From the IMG/VR virus record IMGVR_UViG_3300030104_004245, positions 1 through 64,000 of that record: DNA of 64,000 bases. One strand, written 5' to 3'. Position numbers and translations under genes: made by a program. Under the pieces are notes generated by a model. It was not told the origin of the DNA. It ran no database searches and saw nothing but the letters and a program-made list of their open reading frames with translations. Shown piece by piece: positions 11,388 to 21,952 of the stretch (positions within the stretch are counted from its first letter, which is position 1; every line of letters starts with the position of its first letter). Source of the DNA: a virus.

Positions 11388-11401
11388 TATAATTTACAAA
11401 A
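11388..11401 (-). promoter_or_regulatory. Putative late promoter (TTTTGTAAATTATA variant)
   Basis: One-mismatch copy of the TTTTGTATATTATA motif found upstream of several structural genes. Confidence 0.5.
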
Positions 11402-11435
11402 AAAAGAGGACTAATAAAAGTTTAAACGTAAGAGA

Positions 11436-12644
11436 TTAATCTGGTGAATAAGTTAGTTCACATATGTTTCCTTTATTATAATCATGAAGTTCTATAACAC
11501 CTGATCTTTTAGATCCAACAAATTTATTATGATAATGCCAATAATCTGTTCTTGAAAGACTTGGTAATATTTTAAGCATAAACCCTGTACGTTCATTTGT
11601 AGTTATGTATTCTACTTTCTTTTTATGGTGTAAATGACCTGTAAACAAAGTTCTATTTTTAGTTATACCCCACTGTTGTGGAAACTCTGTAGCATAAAGT
11701 AAAAGTGAATTTTTAGTATTTACATCACCATGTTCAAAAGCAAAGAAGTTGTCACCCCATGTATATACTTTTCTTTCAAGATATGTTACATCCCAAAGTA
11801 TATTAGGATCATCTATAGCTCTAGATAAAGCATGAGTTAAATGAAATGAAGATAATCTATCATGGTTACCTGGTATATATACAACTTGAAGATCATCACA
11901 ATATTGTTTTATAAAATTAATACTCCAATATATTGCATCAAATGCTTGTGTATAAGCTTCAGTAGCAGTAGAACAATTATCTAATGGAGTACCACTTGTA
12001 GTAGTACCAGCCCAACTATCCATATTCATTAGATCTCCCCCTACTACATAAAATATTTTTTTAAGATTATGACTAGCATGTGCTCTTTCTACAAGATCCA
12101 TAATAGTTTCTTCAAAATCTTTATCTATAGTTTCATTACCTTGTTTTCCAAAATGAATATCTTGTAATGATAATACAGCACATACATCTTTTTTACCTTC
12201 ACTTTTAATTCTTTTAACTGGAGAGAATTTTTTAGGTTTCCAATTTTCAAGTAATTGCTCTATGTGAGCAGTATCATCATTCTTAAGTTTTGTAATTAAA
12301 GCTGATATACGCCAGTGATCTGACATTTGTTTATTCCAATATTGTGACAACTTCCATTGTGTTGTATCAATATTTAATATTTGTATAATCTCTTCTGGAG
12401 ATTTAGGTTCTGTTTGAGATATTCCAGTAATCTTTCCCTGACCACTTTCCATATCATATGAGGATGTGCAATCATCTGTTGCATAACCCATATCTCTTTC
12501 TTCTTTTCTTTTTTCTCTTCCTTCTGCTTGTATTTCTTTTTTTACTTTATCAAATTCTTCTTCCGTTATACCTAATCTTTCCGCACAATATTCTGAATTC
12601 TTTTTCCATTTAAGTGCATTTTTTACTTTTTCTTTTAAACTCAT
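11436..12644 (-). CDS. Calcineurin-like metallophosphoesterase with N-terminal HTH-like region
   Basis: Motifs DIHFG, GGDLMN, GNHD, HGD, GHLHH. Confidence 0.85.
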   Translation of the reverse strand: MSLKEKVKNALKWKKNSEYCAERLGITEEEFDKVKKEIQAEGREKRKEERDMGYATDDCTSSYDMESGQGKITGISQTEPKSPEEIIQILNIDTTQWKLSQYWNKQMSDHWRISALITKLKNDDTAHIEQLLENWKPKKFSPVKRIKSEGKKDVCAVLSLQDIHFGKQGNETIDKDFEETIMDLVERAHASHNLKKIFYVVGGDLMNMDSWAGTTTSGTPLDNCSTATEAYTQAFDAIYWSINFIKQYCDDLQVVYIPGNHDRLSSFHLTHALSRAIDDPNILWDVTYLERKVYTWGDNFFAFEHGDVNTKNSLLLYATEFPQQWGITKNRTLFTGHLHHKKKVEYITTNERTGFMLKILPSLSRTDYWHYHNKFVGSKRSGVIELHDYNKGNICELTYSPD

Positions 12645-12693
12645 GAGATAGCTATATTAATTAGTGCTGCTAATATATAAAAAAAATGTTAAT

Positions 12694-12727
12694 AAAAAAA
12701 AGAACCCTAGATTTACACCTAGGGTTC
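12694..12727 (-). terminator. Rho-independent terminator
   Basis: GAACCCTAG/CTAGGGTTC stem followed by a U-tract on the minus strand, after gene 12777-13523. Confidence 0.75.
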
Positions 12728-12776
12728 AGAGCGTTTTGCAGAGTAAAACCAACAAAAAAATCTCTACGCTTCGCTT

Positions 12777-13523
12777 TTAATCATTACTGCAATCTCTTGT
12801 TACAAAAGACTGTAAAACTGATGCAGGATCAAATACATCTCCTTCATTAGTAATTGTAACAAGCTTTACAGCATATACAGTACTAGGACTTAAACCTGAA
12901 AGAGTATAACTTAAGAAGTCACCAGAAGCTAGTTGTGCAGATGATAAATTTCCTGTTCCAGGAGCATTATCATAAATCCAATCATCACTAACTGCTGAAT
13001 TTTTAATCCATACTTGAATTTCATCTACCTTATCTAATACCCATCCTTCAAATTGTATTACAGCATTCCAACCTGAAGCTTGGTCAAAATACTTATCTGC
13101 TATTACAAAGTAAGGAACACCATATTCTAAACTAGCAGAACTTTGATGAAATAACATTAATCTTTGAATTGTCATCTCTACATGTTCACCACAATATCTT
13201 CTCCATATACCACCTTTAGTTTCAACTGACATATACTCTCCAGCATAACCAGCTATTGCACCAGATCCTGCACCGGTATTACTACCAAGAGCAACTATAC
13301 CAACATCCCTTCCTTTTGCTACATCCATTTCTTTGCAGCAATTGCATTTTCTAACACATTCTGTACATGTTAATTCATCACATGGTTCTGGTAAAGCATG
13401 TTGTCCACGGTTGTTTGTATTATCTTTACAATCAGTGTATAGTCCAGCACCTGACATTTGTAAAGGTCTGTCTTTACAAGCACAAGGTGATGATTTAGTA
13501 TGTCCACATGTTTTACAAGCCAT
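12777..13523 (-). CDS. Cys-rich structural protein with C-terminal FN3-like domain
   Basis: N-terminal CxxC/CxC clusters; C-terminal 'YTLSGLSPSTVYAVKL' FN3 signature. Confidence 0.6.
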   Translation of the reverse strand: MACKTCGHTKSSPCACKDRPLQMSGAGLYTDCKDNTNNRGQHALPEPCDELTCTECVRKCNCCKEMDVAKGRDVGIVALGSNTGAGSGAIAGYAGEYMSVETKGGIWRRYCGEHVEMTIQRLMLFHQSSASLEYGVPYFVIADKYFDQASGWNAVIQFEGWVLDKVDEIQVWIKNSAVSDDWIYDNAPGTGNLSSAQLASGDFLSYTLSGLSPSTVYAVKLVTITNEGDVFDPASVLQSFVTRDCSND

Positions 13524-13541
13524 TTCTTTATTTTTTAATTA

Positions 13542-16500
13542 TTATGTGCAACTTCCAGCTGCTATTGTTTCATGTCCTGCTGCACCAGCTGCATTACGCC
13601 AATAAGGAGCTGAAGTATTATATTGTGCAACTTTTCTACTAGTACTACCTTTAGATACAGGATTATATTGACAATACCATCTTCCATTTACTAATTCATC
13701 ATTAGTTACACCAGTACCACCATGAAGAGCTCCTGCTAATGTTGCATATGCTCTTTCATCTGATTTAAATTCAATTCCTGAAACATTATATATTCTTGAA
13801 CAACCTGTAGGTCCTCCTGCAGATGTTGATCCTGCTGTTTGACAAGTAGTATTACTTGCATACAAGTCTACTGCTTGTCCACCATCAGTTCCTGTCATAT
13901 GTCTAGCAGCTATTACGCTTGTTGCACATTTGTTAAATGCTGAGTTTGGAGTAGTTGTATAAGATTGCATTAATCCTAATACAAAGTTTTTAAAATCTGT
14001 ATTTGTTGATGCAAAAGTAAAATTACTAGTTATATTAGAGAATAAATTAAACCGAACATTTTGTTTTATTTTAGTTAAACCTGTCATTGTATTATGAGTT
14101 GTAGTTGCTCCATTATAAGGACATGCAATAGGAGCTATAGTATCAACCATAAAATTAGCTAGATTAACAGGTTTTTCAACATTACCTATCATTACACCAT
14201 TAAATTCTTGTTCTTTAACTCTTTTACCTATTACAGCACCATACATTTGTAAAGCTGTTGCAGCTGATTCATCTAAACTTCCAGTAATTAAAGGAACTAA
14301 TGTAAATTTAAATGATTGTGAAAATTGAGGAACTTGTACGTGTTTAGAAGAAGCCCATGTTGAATGTGCAGTTCCATTAAATAAATCTACTACTGAATCA
14401 TAATGATCTTTATAAACAGTTGTAGGTTGTGAAGCCCATCCTGCTGGTAAATTTGCACCAGAGTAATCTCCATTTGTATATCCACCATTAGTAAATGCTA
14501 TAACATTGGCTGCAGCAGGTACAGGTAAAGTAGTACCAGATCCCCAATATGGAGGTAATGATTTCCATGTATCCCAATTAACTGCTCCTACTGTACCACT
14601 TGCAACAGTAATACTACCAGTAGCACCAGCTTTCATATCCCACATTGCTCTTATATATTCTAGATAATTACTACTAGAATTAGCACTTGCAGCAGCTGTA
14701 TTTGAAACAGGTATATAATATACAGTCCCTGTCCAAGTCCTACAATTTTTTAACAATTGACCTTTTATATTTTCAAATTGAGTTTTAATATTATTAGCAT
14801 CAACATCTGAAATATTATTTGAATCTACAAATACATATACATCTTGATCTACATAAGTTATTCTTGAAGCTTCTTGAATTGGAACGCTGAACATATTGCT
14901 AGTACCACAATCATTAGTTACCTGAATTTTAAATGAGTCTGATCCCCAACCATTAGCTGCAGTAGATGTATATTTAAATCTACCTATAGAATTTTCTTCA
15001 CCTGTTGGAGAAGTTATTTGTTGTACAGTACCATTTACAGGTGATACAACAACTGACCAAGTAGGTGCTGTTTTTGAAGTTGTATTAGTTAAAATCTTAA
15101 TATCTGCAATAACTGAATTTCCTGCTTCACAATAATATTGTTTTTTATATGATGAATCTGTTGTAGTTATATCAGTAGAGTCAGAAATAAACACCCCTTT
15201 ACAATCACATGCATATACAACTTTATCTATTCTATGTAATGCATGATTATATAAAGCATATAAATAATAAACTACACCACGAGGAGAAGTTATAGGGGCT
15301 AAAAATCTCCATCCAGATCCTTCATTATCTCTAGCTATACCAGTTGCAGGATATAATTTTCCACCAAGATTTATTGAAGTTGTTGGATTTAAACTGATTG
15401 GATTTCCATATTTAACAAATACTCCATCTGCACAAGTTCCTCCAATTAATGCACCTTTGTATATAATAGGGCTATTAGTTGCATCAAAACCTGCTACAAT
15501 TTCTTCTGTTGTTCCACCACTTGTATAACAAGATAATATTTGTGTTGCACCTCCTTCAATAAAAGGTAAAGTTGTTGCACTTGTATTGTAATCAGCATTT
15601 AATATTTCAGTAACTGAGCATGCAGGAGCTGTTGTAGTTATACTAGACTTAGGACAAGTTGATATATTACCTGCTTTTGAAGTAGTCTCAACATACACAC
15701 TATACGTTGTTCCTGGATTTAATCCTTTAATTTCTTTAGTAAATGTAACAGCTGTTGTTCCAGGTCTTGCAGTTTCTATTATTGATCCTCCTGGATCTTC
15801 TATTTTAACCGCAAGTTCATAACCTGCTGTTATACTAATGTTATTTACAGTAACTGTAAATTTTTCATCTGTTGCACCTGATAAAACAACTGTTGGACAA
15901 GTTGTACTATTTGTAAGTGTATGCGTTTCTGTTTTAGCACATTCAGAACTACCGTTTGTAAAACAATAATCTATAGTTACTTCAAAATTACTTGATGTAT
16001 CTAAAGATCCAAGTTCATTAATTAAAAATCCTTTATCATTAGTAATAAAGTTTTTAATTTTTACATATTTTACTATACTATTTAATGAAGAATCTTTAAC
16101 TGTAATTTTACAACCTTTTGATTTATCACAATCTTCCCATCCTGTAGGTAAAACAGTATCTGTAAAAAATATACGTATTCCTGAAATTGTACCAGTAGTA
16201 TCTAATAAACTACATTTAGCACCAAAAGTTACAGCACTACAAGTTGTAGGAGTTGTATGTGTTTTAAGATCTGTAACAGCCTCTCTAATATCCATTAAAG
16301 TTAACCAAACATTTGTCATTGATTGAGATACATCAGCTGGAGCTTTATACCAAGATGGTAAATCATTTAAAGTTCCTTTATCTTTACCTAATAAAGACTC
16401 TGAACTTAAATTTACATTAGGAGTTCTAGTTGACTTAAGAAGATTTGCTGATCCTCCTAAAGCTTGTCTAAGTTGACCATAGTCTGCTTCTAATGCAGTA

Positions 16501-16889
16501 AGTAAAACATTCATGTCTACTGGTCTTCCTTTTTTTGAAGTTAAATATTTAGGAGAAACTTTTGGAGGGTTATATGGTTTAGTTACTGCTGTTCTTTCTA
16601 ATTTTGAAACTCTTTGTGTTAATTTATTTGTTTCTGATTGTAATTTATTTGTTGTACTAATTAATTCAGATGACTTTAAAGCAAGTCTTTTTAAATAATC
16701 TTCTACAGAAGCGTTAACTACTCTTTCTCCTAAAGCATTAATATACTGTAATTGAGAAGGTAGTGCTACACCTGTAGTTGAAGCAGTAGACGTAGCAGAT
16801 GTAGTAGTAGTAGTTATAGAACTTTTTGTAACTACTTTTCCATTGTATATTGTATACTTACTAGGAAGTTTTATAATTTCTACTTTCAT
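13542..16889 (-). CDS. Tail fibre/spike-like structural protein (coiled coil + FN3/Ig-like domains)
   Basis: 1115 aa, Thr/Ser-rich. N-terminal coiled coil, 'IKGLNPGTTYSVYV' FN3 motif, Ig-like 'SDSFKIQVTNDCG'. Confidence 0.6.
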   Translation of the reverse strand: MKVEIIKLPSKYTIYNGKVVTKSSITTTTTSATSTASTTGVALPSQLQYINALGERVVNASVEDYLKRLALKSSELISTTNKLQSETNKLTQRVSKLERTAVTKPYNPPKVSPKYLTSKKGRPVDMNVLLTALEADYGQLRQALGGSANLLKSTRTPNVNLSSESLLGKDKGTLNDLPSWYKAPADVSQSMTNVWLTLMDIREAVTDLKTHTTPTTCSAVTFGAKCSLLDTTGTISGIRIFFTDTVLPTGWEDCDKSKGCKITVKDSSLNSIVKYVKIKNFITNDKGFLINELGSLDTSSNFEVTIDYCFTNGSSECAKTETHTLTNSTTCPTVVLSGATDEKFTVTVNNISITAGYELAVKIEDPGGSIIETARPGTTAVTFTKEIKGLNPGTTYSVYVETTSKAGNISTCPKSSITTTAPACSVTEILNADYNTSATTLPFIEGGATQILSCYTSGGTTEEIVAGFDATNSPIIYKGALIGGTCADGVFVKYGNPISLNPTTSINLGGKLYPATGIARDNEGSGWRFLAPITSPRGVVYYLYALYNHALHRIDKVVYACDCKGVFISDSTDITTTDSSYKKQYYCEAGNSVIADIKILTNTTSKTAPTWSVVVSPVNGTVQQITSPTGEENSIGRFKYTSTAANGWGSDSFKIQVTNDCGTSNMFSVPIQEASRITYVDQDVYVFVDSNNISDVDANNIKTQFENIKGQLLKNCRTWTGTVYYIPVSNTAAASANSSSNYLEYIRAMWDMKAGATGSITVASGTVGAVNWDTWKSLPPYWGSGTTLPVPAAANVIAFTNGGYTNGDYSGANLPAGWASQPTTVYKDHYDSVVDLFNGTAHSTWASSKHVQVPQFSQSFKFTLVPLITGSLDESAATALQMYGAVIGKRVKEQEFNGVMIGNVEKPVNLANFMVDTIAPIACPYNGATTTHNTMTGLTKIKQNVRFNLFSNITSNFTFASTNTDFKNFVLGLMQSYTTTPNSAFNKCATSVIAARHMTGTDGGQAVDLYASNTTCQTAGSTSAGGPTGCSRIYNVSGIEFKSDERAYATLAGALHGGTGVTNDELVNGRWYCQYNPVSKGSTSRKVAQYNTSAPYWRNAAGAAGHETIAAGSCT

Positions 16890-16902
16890 TATCTATTATA
16901 AA

Positions 16903-17382
16903 TTACGTTAAAATTTTAATTTCTGCTCCTTCTGCTAATAACTTATTGTATTCATCATCACTAATTTCAGCAAGACCCTTTTCTCTTGTGCCTGCTGGCA
17001 TACTATGACCATGTCCTGGATCATCATGAGTAGGTCTATCTTCTTTATCACAGCATGCTAATGCTGCACAAACCATTTCATATATTAAATTAAAATGATC
17101 TTCTAGTGATGCAGTTCCATTTGACAAAGTAGTAAGATCATGTTGTGACAAGTCATAATCATTTTCTCCAGCCCAATCTTTTATACATGCTACATTACCA
17201 CTAACTTGCACTGATTCAATTAAATCACATAACTCTTGAGCTAATGTTGCTATTACTGTACTTATTGTATCTCCTGTGCATAAATCAATACAATCAATAT
17301 TTGGACCTTGCCATACAACACATTCTGATGTTGTTGTTAGACATCCATTTTTACTATTAGAACTGCTATTTGTTGAAATCAT
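16903..17382 (-). CDS. Cys-rich structural protein (CVVWQGPNIDCIDLC domain)
   Basis: 159 aa. The motif resembles the N-terminus of crAss-like Cys-rich tail proteins. Confidence 0.5.
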   Translation of the reverse strand: MISTNSSSNSKNGCLTTTSECVVWQGPNIDCIDLCTGDTISTVIATLAQELCDLIESVQVSGNVACIKDWAGENDYDLSQHDLTTLSNGTASLEDHFNLIYEMVCAALACCDKEDRPTHDDPGHGHSMPAGTREKGLAEISDDEYNKLLAEGAEIKILT

Positions 17383-17399
17383 CTTAATTCACTATATAT

Positions 17400-17413
17400 T
17401 ATAATATACAAAA
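17400..17413 (-). promoter_or_regulatory. Putative late promoter TTTTGTATATTATA
   Basis: Exact motif just upstream of the ATG at 17382. Confidence 0.6.
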
Positions 17414-17447
17414 CATTTATTTAAACTACAAGTCCTGATAAACAAGA

Positions 17448-18812
17448 TTACACTAATCCTCCTTTTGGTGGGTTAGTATGCCATAGATCATGAAGACCAA
17501 CATCTGGTACATGATGATCTTGTAAATCTGGTCTAGCAGGATATTCTGTTATTTCACATGTTGTACTTGGGTTTGTTATACTAATCTTTTCTTTACAAGT
17601 GTTTATTTTAACTTTTATTAATTGTTGGTTACAGCTTCCTGTTGTTGTAAAACAAAAACAATTTTGAAGGGTATGCTCTCTATTCCAATCAGAACCTGCT
17701 TGTTTCATTTCAAAAGCAAGCTCTCCTTTATAATCTGTTTTTCCTATATCTTTTCCATCTAAAATAATATTATATCCTTCTACAAGATCATCATGTTCAT
17801 CTGTAACAACAACTTTTATACATTCTGAATCATATACACAATTTCCATTTACAATACCACTACCACTTATACCACAAAAACTACAACCATATCCATGTCT
17901 CATACCCATTGAAAATGGAGCCTTTGGATCTTGAGGATGACAGTCCAAGCATGTACCTCTATCTTTATATCCCGTTACATATTCAGCACATGTCCAACAT
18001 TTCTCTGTCATTCCTAATGCCATAATTGCTGACCACCAAATATTAGGTGTAACATCAGGATCAGGAATTACAAAATCCCATGTGCTTAAACTTGAATCCC
18101 AATCATATACCCAAAACTCACCATTATCAGATGCAAAGGTTGCTTTTACTTGAGCACCTATAGGAACAGCTCCATTAAAGTTTACAGAATTAAAAGTATC
18201 ATCTGAAATATAAATAGTATGAACTACTTGTTGACCATCTGGTATAGGAATAATTGCAACAGTTTGAAAATAACTTTCATCATTATATGCTTCAAAATCT
18301 GTAGCAAGATATCTGTATGTTAGGTAAATTTTAGTAATGCCTATATTATTTAAACTAATTATATCAGAAGCAGGAATTGTTAAAGTAAAAGATTTAGTTG
18401 TAACAGGAACATTTGTAATACGAAGACAACTTCCAGGTGCTATTGTACCCCAACTTGTTCCTTGTAAATCTGCGTCTGTAAAAGCACCTTTATCACAATT
18501 TTTTATAACCCAATCAGGTATATCTTCTTTTAAGACAGGTGGGTATTCTGTAGGATAAGAAGCATTACAACCTTTATAATCAGTTATTGTAGGTAATATA
18601 AATTCTTCTGTTGAAAAAGTTGAACTAGGAGCAAAGACTTCACTATCTTGCCAATCACATAAATTCTTTTCAAAAATAGTACTATCTAGTTCTTCTATAG
18701 AACAACACGGAGCCATTCCAAATTGAACAGATCTCATTTGTTTATAGATTAGATCAGAAAACTTATTTTCTATATCTATTTTTTTAGTTATTTTATAATT
18801 TTCTTTTTGCAT
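17448..18812 (-). CDS. Cys-rich structural/tail protein
   Basis: ~454 aa in the structural operon with many Cys pairs. ATG at 18812 follows the upstream stop. Confidence 0.5.
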   Translation of the reverse strand: MQKENYKITKKIDIENKFSDLIYKQMRSVQFGMAPCCSIEELDSTIFEKNLCDWQDSEVFAPSSTFSTEEFILPTITDYKGCNASYPTEYPPVLKEDIPDWVIKNCDKGAFTDADLQGTSWGTIAPGSCLRITNVPVTTKSFTLTIPASDIISLNNIGITKIYLTYRYLATDFEAYNDESYFQTVAIIPIPDGQQVVHTIYISDDTFNSVNFNGAVPIGAQVKATFASDNGEFWVYDWDSSLSTWDFVIPDPDVTPNIWWSAIMALGMTEKCWTCAEYVTGYKDRGTCLDCHPQDPKAPFSMGMRHGYGCSFCGISGSGIVNGNCVYDSECIKVVVTDEHDDLVEGYNIILDGKDIGKTDYKGELAFEMKQAGSDWNREHTLQNCFCFTTTGSCNQQLIKVKINTCKEKISITNPSTTCEITEYPARPDLQDHHVPDVGLHDLWHTNPPKGGLV

Positions 18813-18814
18813 GA

Positions 18815-19378
18815 TTAGCAACAACTTACATCACATGTTATTTTCTTTAATCTTCCAAGAGCAAAAGTATATAAATCCATACCTTCTTTAGGACTATGAC
18901 CATATTCTACTTTTGCTTTTGCAGCATCAATCATAGTTCTAATAAATTTCATTTCTGATGTAAGTTTTTTTGTGGCATCGGTAGGTTCACAAGTTTGAAG
19001 ATTTAAGTCACATAATTTTTGATAATAATTATTTATAATTAATGTGGTTCTTAAAAAGTTATATTCCACATAAACTTTATCATGTGGAGAAACACTATAT
19101 CTTATAGTATATATACCATCTGGTAAAGCATTTCTACATTCATCACAACCAGAAATTTGAATACCTAATGCGCAAGCACTAAGATGTAAATCAAACATAG
19201 GTTTGACTTTTAACAATTTTTGAGGTGTTTCAAACCCAGGAGGTGTTATATATAAATGACCGCAATCTTTATTTAAGATATCTGCTGAAACATATTCACT
19301 AGTGTCTTTAATACTAAAAATATCACAATTAGATACACAATCAGGAATCTCTAAACTTAATATATGTTTTGCTGCCAT
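18815..19378 (-). CDS. Structural protein (crAss-like tail-associated, LPDGIYTIRY motif)
   Basis: 187 aa; 'LPDGIYTIRYSV' motif and position in the structural module. Confidence 0.5.
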   Translation of the reverse strand: MAAKHILSLEIPDCVSNCDIFSIKDTSEYVSADILNKDCGHLYITPPGFETPQKLLKVKPMFDLHLSACALGIQISGCDECRNALPDGIYTIRYSVSPHDKVYVEYNFLRTTLIINNYYQKLCDLNLQTCEPTDATKKLTSEMKFIRTMIDAAKAKVEYGHSPKEGMDLYTFALGRLKKITCDVSCC

Positions 19379-19404
19379 AAGATGAATTTATTATAGTACT
19401 CATA

Positions 19405-19418
19405 AATAATATACAAAA
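19405..19418 (-). promoter_or_regulatory. Putative late promoter TTTTGTATATTATT
   Basis: Motif lies just downstream of a terminator and upstream of the ATG at 19378. Confidence 0.6.
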
Positions 19419-19434
19419 AATGCTATTGATATAA

Positions 19435-19468
19435 AAATAAAAAGGGCAGGAATAAACCCACCCTTTTT
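19435..19468 (-). terminator. Rho-independent terminator
   Basis: Minus strand AAAAGGGTGGG-TTTATT-CCTGCCCTTTT followed by an AT/U-rich tail. Confidence 0.7.
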
Positions 19469-19491
19469 AAAAAGCTATGATTATTTAACTA

Positions 19492-20742
19492 TTATGAGTT
19501 AAATGAACCTAGATCTTGAATTGATACTTGACTAGCTGCAGCCCAGGTTTCAAGTCTTTTTAAAAGAACATTTCCACCACCACCCATTATAGTAGGGTCA
19601 GCTGCTTCACTATCTCTTGCAGCAATTTCATACACATATTGATCATTATCAAATACTCCAGTTGGATTGTTAAATCTTGGAACTGAATGTTTGATATAAT
19701 ATCTATTGTAATCAGTTGCTGTTCTAGATACTCCTGCTATAAGATCATCTGTTTGTTCAGTTTCTCTCATTCTAGCAAAGTCTCTATTACCAACTTTTAA
19801 TGGGAATTGTCTGTATCTATTAGTTAAAATAAGATCTCTTAAAACACCTTCACCATGTCCAGTTGCCATTGTAGGAGCAGTAGCTTCAGTAAATGTACCA
19901 CAAGATGTGCAAACTTCACCTGTTTCATCAATTACACCAGCAATAATTTTAACAGGTTCAGTTTCAAACATATCTCTAGGATCAAATGAACAATCTGCAA
20001 AGCTTGTAGTTAAATCTGCAACAGATTTAGCAGTTAAAATTAATTTACCTAAATAATTTGATGGAGTTGCAGGTTCAGCAGTTACAGCAGTATAAGTAGA
20101 TAAGTTAACAGGAGCATAACCACCACCACCTGTAGTACTTTTTTGAACAGTTGCTGCCATAAATTTAGATAACAACGGATCTGCATCAACACCAAGTGTT
20201 GTGTTACCATTAATTCTATTAGCAATGTCAACAAGAACTTTAACTGGATCTTGATAACCATTCATTGCAGTTTTACAACATACATTATCAGATGATACCA
20301 TTCTGTATAAATTGTGATTTAAAAGTCTCAACGCAGGTGATCCTTTTACATCAACTCTTATCATACCTAATGATTCACATGGGAAACATTGTCCCCATTC
20401 AGCAACTAATTCTCCAACACATGCAGTACCAGCTACAGCATCTTCATATGCTAACATATTAACATATCTAGGATTAATTGCTTTAGATTTATAAGTTTCT
20501 TGGTATCCTCCAAATGCAGGATTATTACCAACTGTGTCACTACCAAAATGTGACTTTTGAACTAACACTATAGGTTCTACGGGTATTACACCACTTGTAG
20601 CCTGTATTGATAGATTTGTTTTTGCGCTAAAGACACCTAATTGTTTTGCAGCTAATGAATCTGATCTATTACCAGGAGTATTATATACAATTACATCACC
20701 AGGTGTAAATATCTTTTTAAACGCGTGACCGAAATAAGACAT
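19492..20742 (-). CDS. Abundant structural protein (auxiliary capsid/decoration-type)
   Basis: ~416 aa from MSYFGHAF; the upstream extension in the ORF track overlaps a promoter. Has its own promoter and terminator. Confidence 0.55.
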   Translation of the reverse strand: MSYFGHAFKKIFTPGDVIVYNTPGNRSDSLAAKQLGVFSAKTNLSIQATSGVIPVEPIVLVQKSHFGSDTVGNNPAFGGYQETYKSKAINPRYVNMLAYEDAVAGTACVGELVAEWGQCFPCESLGMIRVDVKGSPALRLLNHNLYRMVSSDNVCCKTAMNGYQDPVKVLVDIANRINGNTTLGVDADPLLSKFMAATVQKSTTGGGGYAPVNLSTYTAVTAEPATPSNYLGKLILTAKSVADLTTSFADCSFDPRDMFETEPVKIIAGVIDETGEVCTSCGTFTEATAPTMATGHGEGVLRDLILTNRYRQFPLKVGNRDFARMRETEQTDDLIAGVSRTATDYNRYYIKHSVPRFNNPTGVFDNDQYVYEIAARDSEAADPTIMGGGGNVLLKRLETWAAASQVSIQDLGSFNS

Positions 20743-20817
20743 AATTAAAAATTTTATGTGAGGACCATTACCCCCACTGGTTAATACAAATAAATAAAAA
20801 AATTGGTTTTCTATATA

Positions 20818-20831
20818 TATAATATACAAAA
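20818..20831 (-). promoter_or_regulatory. Putative late promoter TTTTGTATATTATA
   Basis: Exact motif copy. Confidence 0.6.
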
Positions 20832-20853
20832 ATTAAATAATACTCTCTGTATA

Positions 20854-21597
20854 TTAATTATTTTTTTCTACTGCTGCTGATTCTCTCTGATATTGATTTA
20901 CATCAGTAATATCCCCTGCAAGTATACTAACAGCTTCATCAATTAATAATTCTACAATGTCATCTTTAAATTCACATTCTATATTAGCACCTGCTACATG
21001 TGTATAAGGATCTCTACAACCTTGAATTTGAATGTATCTAGGTTTTCTATAATATGTAAATTCAGTTGATGTAATATTAAAATCTTTTTTATATACTCTT
21101 AAAGTATTACCCTGCATAGTACAAAAAGTTTCACCCCATTCAAAATCTGGATTTTTATGAGGATCTCTCATTATAAGATCTACATTAGCAACTTCAGCTA
21201 AATATACTGTCATTGATCTAGGTTCAGTACAACAAGGAATATCTGTTTCTTTTCCATACTCATCTATTTCAAATTTAGTTGCATATGATGTAGTTCTTTT
21301 ATATTCAAAGTAATTCTCTATTGGACCTGGAATATCATATTCTACATAATCATCAGTTGTATTTGAAGGTAATAAATTATTAGTAACTAATAATCTTTGT
21401 AAATCATCTATTCTTTTTTTAGATGCTTCATCACCTTCTTTAAACTGATTAGATCCGTGTAGTTGTCTTCTACACCAATCTAATTGGGCCTTATTAAAAG
21501 ATTCAACAATTTGCCAGCATGATATATTATCATAGTCTTGACTATCAATTTTATTGATACGTTGCTTAAATTTTATTTGTAAAGTCTGATTATCCAT
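20854..21597 (-). CDS. Head-tail adaptor/ring protein
   Basis: 247 aa; 'FNKAQ', 'TYYRKP', 'CEF..DIVELLIDEAV' pattern of crAss-like ring proteins. Confidence 0.6.
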   Translation of the reverse strand: MDNQTLQIKFKQRINKIDSQDYDNISCWQIVESFNKAQLDWCRRQLHGSNQFKEGDEASKKRIDDLQRLLVTNNLLPSNTTDDYVEYDIPGPIENYFEYKRTTSYATKFEIDEYGKETDIPCCTEPRSMTVYLAEVANVDLIMRDPHKNPDFEWGETFCTMQGNTLRVYKKDFNITSTEFTYYRKPRYIQIQGCRDPYTHVAGANIECEFKDDIVELLIDEAVSILAGDITDVNQYQRESAAVEKNN

Positions 21598-21598
21598 A

Positions 21599-21952
21599 TT
21601 AAAAATCTCCAGGTGTTTTTATATTACAAGCTGTTATTTCTGTATTAAAATAGTTACTATTCGGTACATCTGCAATAACTACAGGATTAAATGTTTTATT
21701 AAATGTTCTCTCTATATATCTATACATAGAATATAATACATCATTCCCTTTATCAGCTGTATGAGTAAATACTATCCAAGCATTACATTGTTTAAGGTTG
21801 ATATTAACATAATCAAATACTAATACAGTTTGTGTACTAGATAAAGGAAATGCATTTTTAAAATCTGCCCATTTAAAAATATATGGTCCTAAACTTGTCT
21901 TTACCCCTAAATGTATTATACTCGCATCAGGTGCATTTTTACTATATGCCAT
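21599..21952 (-). CDS. Hypothetical protein (distant paralog of 40449-40928)
   Basis: 117 aa, tightly packed in the operon. Confidence 0.6.
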   Translation of the reverse strand: MAYSKNAPDASIIHLGVKTSLGPYIFKWADFKNAFPLSSTQTVLVFDYVNINLKQCNAWIVFTHTADKGNDVLYSMYRYIERTFNKTFNPVVIADVPNSNYFNTEITACNIKTPGDF

